Position numbers and translations under genes: made by a program. 64,000 nt of DNA from Candidatus Thermosaccharophagus tengchongensis (GTDB lineage: Bacteria > Armatimonadota > Fervidibacteria > Fervidibacterales > Thermosaccharophagaceae): NCBI GenBank assembly GCA_032161105.1, contig JAVHTD010000006.1. One strand, given 5' to 3'. A model generated the notes under the pieces. It had not been told where the DNA came from, did not search any database, and saw only the letters and a list, made by a program, of their open reading frames with translations. The first letter of the stretch is position 1; each line of letters opens with the position of its first letter. Below are positions 49,702 through 60,410 of this stretch, in pieces.

Positions 49702-50592
49702 TTGAAGGGAAGATGGATTATGGCGGTCATATGGAAGGCGGGTAATGCACTGGTGGCATCTGTAACTGTTGTGTGCCTCTTAGTTGTATGGCTGTTTGGT
49801 GCGGCAACGGCGGCGTATCCTCAGCAGGAACAGCCAGCTGAAGGTGTGGAAAAGCCAAAGGGCATTGAGGTTGAGGAGCCGAAGTTCACCGAGACATTTG
49901 ATGGCGGCGTTATAGACCTGAAAATTTTCCCCGAGGTGAATCGCCCACAGGGGACAAGGGTCGCTGTTGAAGATGGGCAACTCGTAATGAGTGGGCGCGC
50001 ACAGAAGGGTCAATCAGTGACTGTGAATGTAGCGACGGCGCCATTGCCGATACAGCCACTTGAAGTGAGCGTCAAGGTCATGCTGGTCAAACTTCCATTT
50101 GGAGCTATGTGCGGCGTTTACATTTCAAATGCCACGCCGAAGGGTGAGGAGACATCCAACGGCGCTGCTGTTGATGTTGACCATCTCGGCAAGGATGCAA
50201 GGTATGTGCTTTGGCTATGCGACAATAAGCGCTGGAGGGATGTGGCAGCGAGGGCAAGACTGCTCTTCGGCGACGAGGCGGAGAAATGGCATGTCCTCAA
50301 GATAGCGTTTGATGGAAAGGACAGGTTTGAGGCGTTCGTTGACGGGCTGTCGTTGGGCACAGGCAGGGTTGATTTGAAGAGTGAGCAGATTGAAATTGGG
50401 CTTTTCGTCTTCACGACTGGTCAGGAGGAAGTGGAATTTGATGTCAGGTTTGACGACTTTAAGACGACGCTGCCAATAAAGGAATTGGTTGAAGGGAAGG
50501 CGCAGAAGGAAGAGCAACCGAAGGCGGAGGAGCAACCGAAGGCGGAGGGAGAAAAACAGGAGGCGCAGGGGCAGGAGGGCGGCGCAGGGTAG
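49702..50592 (+). CDS. Exported beta-sandwich (ConA/laminin-G-like) hypothetical protein
   Basis: Signal peptide; WHVLKIAFDG....FVDG, FDDF; acidic tail with 18-bp repeat at 50512-50547. Confidence 0.6.
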   Translation: MKGRWIMAVIWKAGNALVASVTVVCLLVVWLFGAATAAYPQQEQPAEGVEKPKGIEVEEPKFTETFDGGVIDLKIFPEVNRPQGTRVAVEDGQLVMSGRAQKGQSVTVNVATAPLPIQPLEVSVKVMLVKLPFGAMCGVYISNATPKGEETSNGAAVDVDHLGKDARYVLWLCDNKRWRDVAARARLLFGDEAEKWHVLKIAFDGKDRFEAFVDGLSLGTGRVDLKSEQIEIGLFVFTTGQEEVEFDVRFDDFKTTLPIKELVEGKAQKEEQPKAEEQPKAEGEKQEAQGQEGGAG

Positions 50593-50683
50593 CCTCAACG
50601 CCCCCCTTAAAAATTCGCCCCGCAAATTGAGCTGTGAGTGTATGTCGTCAAGGGTTGAAGCTGTAACTTCATCCATCAAGCGC

Positions 50684-52396
50684 TCAATTGCGCGGTGAGA
50701 GAGCTGGTGGGCGAGCTGCCTTTGAGAGGGCAATGCGTATGGCGTTTGCGTCGTAGACGGCGGCTATTGGCACGCCATCGTAAGTTGCCGCATAAGCTGG
50801 TTTGCACTTGAGCCACAGAAACCATGTGATTGGGTTGGCATAGATTTCCGTTTGGCTCCCTTGGAGCATGGCAAAGGAGACTTTTGGCAGGTCATTTGGG
50901 TTGCTCGTGAAGCGCAGCGTCGGCTTAAGCCATCCAAAGCGTTTATACAAGTCCATGTAAGCGTGCAGCCCGACTGGGATGATGAAGATGAGGCTGCCAT
51001 CTGGCTGCTCGTTTAGGAATGGCAGCAGTTGAACGATGTTAACGCCCCAGTAAGTGCATTCAAAGCCCCATCGGTAAACAGCGCCGTTTGTGCCACCAAC
51101 AAGCGCATTGTAGTATGAGAGTTCAAAGGGATGAATGCGAAGAAGTGAGTTCACTGATGGCGCAATGAGCGCCGTGACAAGGAAAAGCGCAACAGTCGTT
51201 GCGCGGACATTGAAGCGCGTGCGCAGCATGGCTAATGCGCTATTCGCCAGTGCTTCAAGCCTGTGGAAGGCGAAGGAGGAGAGCACAACCACAAATGGGA
51301 TTGCGGGCATGAATAGGCGCACGCCGTTATACTTCGGCGTGTGTGGCAAGCAAAATGGCGCGATGTGGATGAGGTAATTGATGAGGGCAACACGAGCCAG
51401 CAATGGTGCGCTTCTCCAATGCGAAATTGTGAGGGCAGCCCCAATTAGCGCCATGAGAAGGGTAAGCGTTGGTGTGGTAACGGCTGTCATGACAAGCGTG
51501 TAATGCCAAGGCGCATAAGCATGTAGCCTGCCGAGATAGAAGGTGTGCACTGGGAAGTGCTTGCCGTGAAAGAGGATGTATGATGCCAGTCTTCTCGGCG
51601 TCTCATACCAAAGCCAAGGCCATGTGATTAGCAGGAATGCGAACGCAAACGCAGTTGAGGTTGCGGTTACAGTTATGGCTCGCTTCAACTTGGTGCTTGC
51701 CTCTTTGCGCTCATCCTCATGGTTCACTTTTGTGAGCCAATCAATGAGGAAGAATGCGAGGACACCGAATGGAGATAGTAGTGCGTTCATCTTGCATGAG
51801 AAGGCAATGCCGAGTGCCAGTGCGCCGATGATCGCCAGTTTTGTGCTTGAGTGCTCAATGGCGGTCACCATGAGCATGGTGGCGATGAATGTGGCGGAAG
51901 CAACTGGCACATCCAAGGTGACGAAATGGGCGTGTGCGAATACCCTCGGCATAGTGAGCAATGCGAGCGCACCGTATATTGCGGCGATTCGTCCGAAGTG
52001 GCGCAGCAGCCATGCGTAAATGGCAACGATGAGCGATGCAAACATGAGTGCTGTGCTGCTTCGCAGCGATGCCAACCCAGTGGGCATGATGTCGCCGAAC
52101 ATCAGGTAAGTTGCTGCTGTGAGCATTTTCGGGAATGGCGGGTGCATATCCTTTGCGTGCCAGTAGGTTTGTATCGTCTCATACCTGAATGGGGTCAAGA
52201 CATCGCCGTGTTTGATACTTTTGAGGGTCATGTCAAGCCATTTCAGGAAGCGCAGCGCGCAGCCGCTGTATATGGCTTCGTCATAGGTCACACCCATGTC
52301 ATCGGATGTGCATACAACGGCTGTGAATGAGCTCGCAAAGAGAAAGCCAGCCAACACTATGTCGGTGATTTTCTTACCAATCGCATAGCCCGACAT
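50684..52396 (-). CDS. ArnT/PMT-type (GT-C) glycosyltransferase
   Basis: TYDE, HPPFPK, HAHFVTLD, many TM segments, YYNALVGG. Confidence 0.85.
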   Translation of the reverse strand: MSGYAIGKKITDIVLAGFLFASSFTAVVCTSDDMGVTYDEAIYSGCALRFLKWLDMTLKSIKHGDVLTPFRYETIQTYWHAKDMHPPFPKMLTAATYLMFGDIMPTGLASLRSSTALMFASLIVAIYAWLLRHFGRIAAIYGALALLTMPRVFAHAHFVTLDVPVASATFIATMLMVTAIEHSSTKLAIIGALALGIAFSCKMNALLSPFGVLAFFLIDWLTKVNHEDERKEASTKLKRAITVTATSTAFAFAFLLITWPWLWYETPRRLASYILFHGKHFPVHTFYLGRLHAYAPWHYTLVMTAVTTPTLTLLMALIGAALTISHWRSAPLLARVALINYLIHIAPFCLPHTPKYNGVRLFMPAIPFVVVLSSFAFHRLEALANSALAMLRTRFNVRATTVALFLVTALIAPSVNSLLRIHPFELSYYNALVGGTNGAVYRWGFECTYWGVNIVQLLPFLNEQPDGSLIFIIPVGLHAYMDLYKRFGWLKPTLRFTSNPNDLPKVSFAMLQGSQTEIYANPITWFLWLKCKPAYAATYDGVPIAAVYDANAIRIALSKAARPPALSPRN

Positions 52397-52708
52397 GGCT
52401 GCGTCACCGCCGCAAAGCGGTTTACAATTTGGCTCTGTCGGGTTGCGCGATCACCGCGCGATCACCTTTGCGCACTTGCGCATCACAGGGCGCGCCTTGC
52501 CATTTGGATTAAGCCCATTTTGACCGAGAGCAATCGCTCTCGTGCTACAATGGGTTCAATGGGTGGCGATTGCTCATCCATGTGAAAGTTTGCAGTGGCA
52601 CGATGCTCTGCGGTAAAGGGCATAAATGGAGCGGTGAGAAAAATAATCATCGGGATTGACTGCGTCCTTTCCAGCGACTTGATGGAGAGCCCTCAGAGGT
52701 GAAAAGCG

Positions 52709-55700
52709 ATGTCAGTGAGTGACTTCTTTTGGGAGTTTGGCGGGGCAATATGGCGTGGGCTTGGAAAGGTTTTCAGTGTCAACGAATGGCGCATAAGGCG
52801 CCTGAGAAGAAGGGTCAAAGAGATAAATGCACTTGAGCCCGAAGTCCAGAAGTGGCGTGACGAGGACTTCAAAGCCAAGACGGAGGAGTTCAAGGCGGAG
52901 CTTAAGGCTTATACCGAGCGGGAGCGGATTGAATACGAGACGAAGAGGGAACAGTGGCTCCGCTGCAAAGACCCTGATGAAAGGAGAAGGCTTGAGGAGG
53001 AGCTTGCAGCAGCTGATACGGCTCTGAAAGACAAGGAGCAGGAATACTTGCGCAAGATATTACCGCTTGCGTTTGCAATGGTTAGGGAAGCTGCAAGGCG
53101 GACACTGAATATGAGGCACTTTGATGTCCAGATAATGGGCGGCATCGTCCTACACGAGGGCAAGATAGCCGAGATGAAGACGGGTGAGGGAAAGACGCTT
53201 GTAGCGACTTTGCCGCTATACCTGAATGCGCTAACTGGGAGAGGCGTTCATTTGGTCACAGTCAACGATTACCTCGCAAAGAGGGATGCCGAATGGATGG
53301 GTCCAATTTACGAATACCTCGGGCTCACTGTCGGATACATTCAGCACTTCATGGACACCGAAGAGAGGCAGGCAAACTACAGGTGCGATGTCACTTATGT
53401 GACCAATACGGAGCTCGGTTTTGATTACCTGCGCGACAACCTCGCATGGAGGCTTGAGGACACCGTCCTAAGGGAGCTCTTCTACGCCATCGTGGATGAG
53501 GTTGACAGCATATTGATTGACGAGGCGAGGACGCCGCTCATCATTTCCGGAGTGGCTGAAAAGCCCACAAGGATTTACTACGATGTTGACAGGGTTGTGA
53601 GGAGGCTCAAAGCCGATGTTGATTACACGGTTGATGAGAAGGCTCGCACAGTTGCCCTCACAGATGAGGGATTGAGGAAGGTTGAAAGAGAACTTGGCGT
53701 TGATAACCTCTCCGACCCAACCAACTTTGAAATCTACCACTATGTCATGAACGCCCTGAAGGCGCACACGCTTTTTCACCGTGATGTTGACTACATCGTT
53801 AAGGATGGCGAGGTCATCCTCGTTGACGAATTCACCGGCAGGTTGATGTTTGGGCGGCGCTATAGCGATGGCTTGCATCAGGCTATTGAGGCGAAGGAGG
53901 GCGTCAGGATACAGCGTGAGAGCCAAACTGTGGCAACGATAACGCTGCAGAACTTCTTCCGGATGTATTACAAGCTTGCCGGGATGACGGGCACAGCCAA
54001 GACCGAGGAAAGGGAGTTCATCAAGATATACGGAATGCCCGTTGTGGTCATACCGACTCATAAGCCAATGATACGAGTTGACTACCCCGACATTGTCTAC
54101 AAGACGCAGGAGGCAAAGTTCAGGGGGATTGTAGCCGAGATACTCAATTGCTACTGCAGGGAGCAGCCAACGCTTGTCGGGACTCGCTCGGTGGCTGTAT
54201 CGGAGTTTTTGAGCGAGCGCTTGAAACCGCATTATTTGCAATTGCTCGCTCTGTGCTATATCACCCTTGACCAAATACACGCCAAGCACAATTCAGGCGA
54301 GTTGAGCACGGATGATTTTAACAGGATGCGCCAGGTCATCAATACACCGCTTGAAAGGCTGGACATAATCAAGGTGCGAAGGATAGCTAAGGAGGTCGGT
54401 GTGGATGCGGATGTTCTGACCGAGGAAAATTTGAAGCGCTTCGCCGAGTTGATAAAGCTATCGCCGGAGCCGAAGATATTGAAGCGCCTATCAAAGGCAT
54501 TAAGTGAGGGTATACCGCACAATGTGTTGAATGCAAAGCATCACGAGCGCGAGGCTCAAATAATCGCCGAAGCCGGGAGGCTCGGAGCTGTAACCGTTGC
54601 AACGAACATGGCGGGTAGAGGAGTTGACATAATTTTGGGAGGCAAGCCAGACCCCAAAGATCGCCCCGAGGAGTTGTGCGATGATCCAAGCTGCAAAGTG
54701 CACATGATACACAACAAGCAGTATCACGATGTTGTGAAGGTAGGCGGGTTGCACATCATAGGGACGGAGAGGCACGAGAGCAGGCGCATTGATAACCAGC
54801 TCAGGGGACGCTCAGGAAGGCAGGGTGATCCCGGCTCATCTCGCTTCTATGTCTCGTTGCAGGACGAGTGGATGAGGCTCTATGGCGACAGGCTAAATCA
54901 CCCCTGGCTGCGCGGTTGGTGGGAGGAGTTGCCGATAGAGAGCCGGATAGTCAGCAAGGCTATGGAGAAAGCGCAGCAAAAGGTTGAGGCGCACAACTTT
55001 GAGATACGAAAGCACACATTGCGATATGACGATGTCATGAACATGCAGCGCGAGATTATCTACTCTGACAGGCGCAAAGTGCTTGAGGGCGCAGATATGC
55101 GCGCAAATGTCATTGAGATGCTCCGCGCTGTGATTGACAGCGCCGTTGATTACCACCTGAGCGAGGCTCTGCCGAGGGAGAGCTGGAACTGGGATGCATT
55201 CATGCAAGCTATGCGCCAGCTCATCCCGATTGAGGAAATGGTTAAGCTACCCGAGTTGGTCAACCTGTCAAGGGAGGAGATCAAAGAGCTCATCTACCGA
55301 AGGGCGCTTGAATTCTATGAGCGCAAGGAGAAGATATTCGGTGAAGAAGCGATGCGAGATTACGAGAGGAGAGTCGTGCTGTGGGCGATAAGCACAAAGT
55401 GGATTGACCACTTAGCCAACATGGATTACCTTCGTGACCATATCCACCTTCGCGCCTATGGGCAAAGGGACCCATTCATTGAGTATCAGCGTGAGGCTTA
55501 CGAGATGTTTCAACAGTTGCTCCAAAGCATTCGTGAGGAGGTCGTCAGGTGGGCATTTTACGGGCAACCGGAGGTGCAGCAGCGTCAGACGAGTGTCTCG
55601 GAGTTGCGTGAGCGTCATGACGATGTTGCGGCAATTGCTGTTGGCGCCGCGGGTGCCGAGGAGACAATAGAGTCAGCCGGAAAGCGCACCGATGTTCAAC

Positions 55701-55816
55701 GCCCGGTTAAGGTGCAGAAGGTTGGGCGTAACGACCCGTGCCCATGTGGCAGCGGCAAGAAATACAAGAAGTGTTGCATGCTCAAGGAGATGAGCGAGAG
55801 CACAAGGAAGCATTAG
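52709..55816 (+). CDS. secA: Preprotein translocase SecA
   Basis: [43 protein letters not shown] motif [18 protein letters not shown]. Confidence 0.98.
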   Translation: MSVSDFFWEFGGAIWRGLGKVFSVNEWRIRRLRRRVKEINALEPEVQKWRDEDFKAKTEEFKAELKAYTERERIEYETKREQWLRCKDPDERRRLEEELAAADTALKDKEQEYLRKILPLAFAMVREAARRTLNMRHFDVQIMGGIVLHEGKIAEMKTGEGKTLVATLPLYLNALTGRGVHLVTVNDYLAKRDAEWMGPIYEYLGLTVGYIQHFMDTEERQANYRCDVTYVTNTELGFDYLRDNLAWRLEDTVLRELFYAIVDEVDSILIDEARTPLIISGVAEKPTRIYYDVDRVVRRLKADVDYTVDEKARTVALTDEGLRKVERELGVDNLSDPTNFEIYHYVMNALKAHTLFHRDVDYIVKDGEVILVDEFTGRLMFGRRYSDGLHQAIEAKEGVRIQRESQTVATITLQNFFRMYYKLAGMTGTAKTEEREFIKIYGMPVVVIPTHKPMIRVDYPDIVYKTQEAKFRGIVAEILNCYCREQPTLVGTRSVAVSEFLSERLKPHYLQLLALCYITLDQIHAKHNSGELSTDDFNRMRQVINTPLERLDIIKVRRIAKEVGVDADVLTEENLKRFAELIKLSPEPKILKRLSKALSEGIPHNVLNAKHHEREAQIIAEAGRLGAVTVATNMAGRGVDIILGGKPDPKDRPEELCDDPSCKVHMIHNKQYHDVVKVGGLHIIGTERHESRRIDNQLRGRSGRQGDPGSSRFYVSLQDEWMRLYGDRLNHPWLRGWWEELPIESRIVSKAMEKAQQKVEAHNFEIRKHTLRYDDVMNMQREIIYSDRRKVLEGADMRANVIEMLRAVIDSAVDYHLSEALPRESWNWDAFMQAMRQLIPIEEMVKLPELVNLSREEIKELIYRRALEFYERKEKIFGEEAMRDYERRVVLWAISTKWIDHLANMDYLRDHIHLRAYGQRDPFIEYQREAYEMFQQLLQSIREEVVRWAFYGQPEVQQRQTSVSELRERHDDVAAIAVGAAGAEETIESAGKRTDVQRPVKVQKVGRNDPCPCGSGKKYKKCCMLKEMSESTRKH

Positions 55817-55829
55817 TGAGGTGAGGCAG

Positions 55830-56952
55830 TTGCCGAGCGCAAGGGAAATCGCAAGAGAGGCAGAGCAGTTGCTCATCCAGCTTAAAGAGCTGGGTGATTG
55901 CCTTTGACCTGCCAAGGAAGCGAATGGAGTTGGAGCAATTGAGGGGGCGAATCAATGAGCCGGATTTTTGGGTCACCGAAAAGGATCCGCAAGACATCCT
56001 GCGCAAGGTTAAAGAGCTGCAATCGGAACTTGAGCCGTGGGACGAAATTGATAAGAGCACAAGGGAGCTTTTGGCTCTTGCCGAGTTGGCTGCCGAGGAG
56101 GATGACGAGAGCCTCAATGCGGAGCTTGAAGCCGACCTAAAGTCAATCAGGCAAAAGTTTGAGGAGCTTGAGTTGCGTACGCTGCTAAGCGGTGAGCACG
56201 ATGAGAAAAATGCCATTCTGTCAATAAACCCGGGCGCAGGCGGAGTTGACGCAATGGATTGGGCTGAGATGCTCGCAAGAATGTATCGCATGTGGGCGCA
56301 GCGCAGAGGCTATGAGTTCAGAGTGGTTGAAGTCCTCCCCGGCGAGCAAGCGGGCATAAAGGCTTTCACAGCGCTCGTCATAGGTCCATATGCCTACGGT
56401 TACTTGAAAGCCGAAAAGGGTGTTCACAGGCTCGTGCGCATATCGCCGTTTGACTTCAACAGGAGGAGGCATACTTCATTCGCATCGGTGGATGTCATTC
56501 CGGAGATAGGCGATGAGATAAAGGTTGAGATAAATCCGGAGGACATTCGCATTGAGACTTTTCGCGCCAGCGGGCACGGCGGGCAGCATGTTAACACGAC
56601 TGACTCCGCGGTCCGCATCACGCACATCCCGACTGGCATCGTTGTCACATGTCAAGCTGAGAGGTCACAGTTGCGCAACAGGCAAATCGCAATGGAAGTG
56701 TTGCGCTCGCGGCTCTATGAGTATGAGCGCAGGAAGCGACAGGAGGAAATTGAGAGGCTAAGGGGTGAGAGGAAGGAGATAAGCTTCGGCAGCCAAATAA
56801 GGAGCTACATCTTGCACCCATACATGCTCGTAAAAGACCACCGCACAGAAGTTGAGAAGACGGATGTTGAAGCAGTGCTCAACGGTGAGATTGACGAGTT
56901 CATCAATGCATACCTTAAAGCATGCGGAGGTGGTAACGGTGAGCGCCGTTGA
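55830..56952 (+). CDS. prfB: Peptide chain release factor 2 (programmed +1 frameshift at 55902-55908)
   Basis: Frame 0 from TTG 55830 to CTT TGA C; +1 frame carries SPF and GGQ motifs. Confidence 0.96.
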
Positions 56953-57796
56953 GGAGCGTTATCCAATTGGCGTGTTCACATCAATAGGTGCTGGCTTGGG
57001 CGTTACGCCGCAGGTTGTCAAGGAGCTCGGCATCCCAACGATACAGCTTCATGCGCCGCCAAAACAGATGCGCACCAAGGAACACATAGAGCAGCTGAAG
57101 AGGGATTTAGAGGAGGCTGGCATAAAGGTCACCGTCGTATTTTGTGGCTTTCCCGGCGAGAGCTATGCCGACATACCGACTGTGAGAAGGACAGTTGGGC
57201 TTGTCCCGAGGGAAACGAGGGCAGAGCGCCTTAGCGAGACGAAGGAGATATCCGATTTTGCAGCCGCACTCGGCGTTGATGCGATAGCTATGCACATCGG
57301 GTTCATACCGGAAGACCCAGCTGATACGCTCTATGGCGAGGTCGTTGAGGCATGCAGGGAGGTTTGCGACTACGCTAAATCCAACGGGCAGCGCTTCCAT
57401 CTTGAGACCGGTCAAGAGACTGCCGATACGCTGCTCAGGTTCATTAACGATGTCGGCAGGGATAACTTGTTCGTTAATTTTGACCCAGCCAACATGATAC
57501 TCTACGGCTCCGGAGAGCCGATTGAGGCGCTCCGGAAAGTCGGGAAGTATGTGCGCAGCGTCCACTGCAAGGATGCGAAGTGGTCATCGCGCCCGGGTGA
57601 GGAGTGGGGCGAGGAAGTGCCGCTCGGTCAGGGTGATGTTAACATACCGCTTTTCCTCAAGACGCTGAAGGAGGTCGGCTATGTTGGTCCACTCACAATT
57701 GAGAGGGAGATAACTGGTGAGCAGCAGCGCAGGGATGTGGCAGCAGCTGTGAAGTATCTTGAGAAGTTGCGCTCGGAAATACTCGCTGACCCATAG
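56939..57796 (+). CDS. Sugar phosphate isomerase/epimerase (xylose-isomerase-like TIM barrel)
   Basis: LETGQE, NFDPAN, VHCKD, LGQGDV, TIERE. Confidence 0.9.
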   Translation: MSAVEERYPIGVFTSIGAGLGVTPQVVKELGIPTIQLHAPPKQMRTKEHIEQLKRDLEEAGIKVTVVFCGFPGESYADIPTVRRTVGLVPRETRAERLSETKEISDFAAALGVDAIAMHIGFIPEDPADTLYGEVVEACREVCDYAKSNGQRFHLETGQETADTLLRFINDVGRDNLFVNFDPANMILYGSGEPIEALRKVGKYVRSVHCKDAKWSSRPGEEWGEEVPLGQGDVNIPLFLKTLKEVGYVGPLTIEREITGEQQRRDVAAAVKYLEKLRSEILADP

Positions 57797-57858
57797 ACGC
57801 CCCATGAGCGGGCGGATTGCGATGTTGCGATTATGCATTGTATTTGGGTGCCATAAAC

Positions 57859-58788
57859 ATGCAGCGGGCTGTTGATGAGCGTTTGCTCCCCGAAGTGGTC
57901 GCTAAGCTTAAGACACTTAAGCTGCGTGCACGCACTGTTGTTGAGGGTTTCCTCAGCGGCATGCACAGGAGTGCATACAAAGGCTCAAGTATTGAGTTTG
58001 CAGAGCACCGGCCATATTTCCCCGGTGATGATGTGCGCCATGTTGATTGGAGGGCTTACGCCAAGTCGGACAGGCTCTATGTGAAGGAGTTTGAAGAGGA
58101 AACGAACCTGCGCTGCTACTTGCTCGTTGATGCGAGTGCTTCAATGTCCTTTGGGACGACGGCAATGAACAAGTTTGAATACGCATCAGTTGTTGCGTCA
58201 GCCATCGCATACATTGCATTGAGGCAGCGCGATTCAGTCGGCTTGGTCATCTTCAACGAGCGAACCTTGAAATACATTCCGCCGAGGGTGAATCCCTTTC
58301 ATTTCAAGACGCTCGTTGAGGCGCTGGAAGGTGTGCGCCCTTACGGACACACCAATCTTGGCAATGTGATTGCGGAGTTGGGTGAGCGGTTGAAAAGGCG
58401 TGGGTTGGTCATACTGCTCTCGGATTTGATTGAGGACGACGGCTCGTTCAAAAGGGCGTTAAGTTTTTTGAGGCATCGCAAGCACGAGATAATCACATTC
58501 CATGTGCTTGACCCGGCGGAAATTGAGCTGCCGTTTGATGAGCCATCCATATTCAAGGACATGGAATCGCAGAGGGTGTTGCCAACAGACCCAGTTGCAC
58601 TCAGGGCTTCCTATAAGCGCGAGCTGGAGATGTTCTTAGCGAGGTGCAGGGAAGTGTGTTCACAAGTCTACGCCGATTATAAGCTCATCCGCACCGATGA
58701 GCCATTGGACAAATCCCTGACTGAATACTTGAGCTGGCGCTCAAGGCGAAGGGCGCACATCACTTCACAACCGTTTGCGGGTTCGTGA
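57859..58788 (+). CDS. DUF58 (VWA-like) protein
   Basis: G.HRS..KGSS.EFAEHR.Y.PGDD.R..DW, KEFEEE, DASASM, LSD. Confidence 0.92.
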   Translation: MQRAVDERLLPEVVAKLKTLKLRARTVVEGFLSGMHRSAYKGSSIEFAEHRPYFPGDDVRHVDWRAYAKSDRLYVKEFEEETNLRCYLLVDASASMSFGTTAMNKFEYASVVASAIAYIALRQRDSVGLVIFNERTLKYIPPRVNPFHFKTLVEALEGVRPYGHTNLGNVIAELGERLKRRGLVILLSDLIEDDGSFKRALSFLRHRKHEIITFHVLDPAEIELPFDEPSIFKDMESQRVLPTDPVALRASYKRELEMFLARCREVCSQVYADYKLIRTDEPLDKSLTEYLSWRSRRRAHITSQPFAGS

Positions 58789-58821
58789 CCTCAGTGTGAG
58801 ACCACTTGAAGGGGTTAATGG

Positions 58822-59814
58822 ATGAGAGGGGTGATCACAGGCGCAGTGGCAAAGCCTCTGACCTGCATATGGTGCATCACCGTGGCACTCCTTGCAATGC
58901 CAGCTTGTGTGCAAGCCAATGGCTCGCAGGAGTGGGTGCATCGGTTCAGAATTCAAATGCTCCATGAGATAAACAGGGCAAGGAGCAAAAACGGAGTCCC
59001 ACCCGTTGAACTTGATGAGCATGCATGCGCCGTTGCGCAACTGCACGCTGAGGATATGGCTGATGGTGAATACTTCAGCCATTGGGATAGGGATGGGCTA
59101 AAGCCATACATGCGTTATTCGCTTGCCGGCGGCTACCACGCTGTCTCAGAGAACCTCAGCCGGACTAAAGGTATACCGATTGAGCGCCTTCCGGAGAGCA
59201 TCATAACTTCTTACCTTGGCGAAAAGCCCCCTAACGACGGGCACAGGAGGACGCTGCTTCAAAGACATGCAACGCATGTCGGCATTGGGATTGCCATGAA
59301 GGGCGGTTGGATTTATGTTGTTCAGGAGTTCGTTACGAAGGTGGTCAACTTGTTCCATCTGCCGCAATTTGCGACGCTTGATGAACAACTGCAAATCTTG
59401 GGCAAGTTGCCAAGCGGTTGGGAATTGCACAACATTGATGTGTTTTATGAGCCAATGCCATCGCGGATGAGCAAGGGCGAGCTTAATGAGAGAGGCGCAT
59501 ACGGGCTGCCCGATGAGCGGAAATCGCTCTTCAAGCTACTCCCACCAAACGCGAGATATGCCGATGGCTCACGCGGTGATATCCTCGTCACCGAGGATGG
59601 CTCGTTCATTTCGCCATTGCCCTTCTTTACCAATCGCCCCGGAGTTTACACTGCCGTCGTCTGGGTCAAAGAAAAACCCGGCGAGGTGCATGTTCACGCC
59701 ACCACAGCTTCGATCTTTGTTTGCCGAGATAAAAATGAGATGGAAAATTTGCGCCAGCGCCTGTCACGCTATACGGCGTTAATTCCATTAAGCCTCTTAC
59801 AAGACCGACGATAG
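58822..59814 (+). CDS. Secreted CAP/SCP-domain protein
   Basis: INRAR, HAEDMA..YFSH, SENL, GHRR.LL...THVGIG. Confidence 0.88.
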   Translation: MRGVITGAVAKPLTCIWCITVALLAMPACVQANGSQEWVHRFRIQMLHEINRARSKNGVPPVELDEHACAVAQLHAEDMADGEYFSHWDRDGLKPYMRYSLAGGYHAVSENLSRTKGIPIERLPESIITSYLGEKPPNDGHRRTLLQRHATHVGIGIAMKGGWIYVVQEFVTKVVNLFHLPQFATLDEQLQILGKLPSGWELHNIDVFYEPMPSRMSKGELNERGAYGLPDERKSLFKLLPPNARYADGSRGDILVTEDGSFISPLPFFTNRPGVYTAVVWVKEKPGEVHVHATTASIFVCRDKNEMENLRQRLSRYTALIPLSLLQDRR

Positions 59815-59870
59815 CTGTTAATCGCCCGCACGCGAAGTCTGCATGCGGCTTGATGTCATTTATGCTTGGG

Positions 59871-60182
59871 TCATTTGAGTTTCTCTTCCACAGCTCGCAC
59901 CTTATCTTCGGCTGTCTGCAGCTTGTCACGCCTGTCATCAATTTCAATTCTGCTAATGAGCCTCTTGCATCCGAGCTTGAAGAGCGCCTCTTGCATTTCC
60001 CTTATGGCAGCGATGGCGATGTCAATGTCGCCCTCTATCACTGTCCCCATAGCGCCGACTTGAAACTTCAACCCATCTCTTTCAGCACGCTGTGAGAGAA
60101 CCTTAATCGCATGTGCTATGTAGCTGCTCAGCCCTGTGCCCTCGGTTCCAACTGGGATAATTGAGACTTCAATGATAGCCAT
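59871..60182 (-). CDS. MTH1187/YkoF thiamine-binding family protein
   Basis: EVSIIPVGT...LS.YIA, GAMGTVIEG, IDDRRDK. Confidence 0.9.
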   Translation of the reverse strand: MAIIEVSIIPVGTEGTGLSSYIAHAIKVLSQRAERDGLKFQVGAMGTVIEGDIDIAIAAIREMQEALFKLGCKRLISRIEIDDRRDKLQTAEDKVRAVEEKLK

Positions 60183-60410
60183 CGTTAGCCACCTCACTTG
60201 TGGCTTGATAAGTGCGAATGCTGCACATGGGAAGTTTCACCCTAAGAGTCTGCCACCTGCGTCCGTATGGGGCAAATTCTGTTTTATTGCGCCTCGCGCT
60301 TGAACCATTAGTCCCAGATGGCTCTTTCATGGGCTACCGTGTGGCGCTATGCTTAGATTTCACAGCGCTCACCTCAGCTTACAATGACAACCGCTTAGGA
60401 GGTGAAAGGC

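Noticed and set aside
50512..50547. 18-bp tandem repeat
   Set aside because: In-frame low-complexity protein tail (EQPKAE x2); ordinary
41243..54289. Long antisense ORFs (41243-42013, 48165-49022, 53468-54289)
   Set aside because: Shadows of well-supported genes on the opposite strand, with no recognisable motifs
55894..56952. ORF-track call of an N-terminally truncated RF2 or pseudogene
   Set aside because: Explained by the programmed CTT-TGA-C +1 frameshift
60183..60410. TPP riboswitch upstream of the thiamine-binding-family gene
   Set aside because: Conserved CTGAGA / GCGTAGGGAA elements not seen
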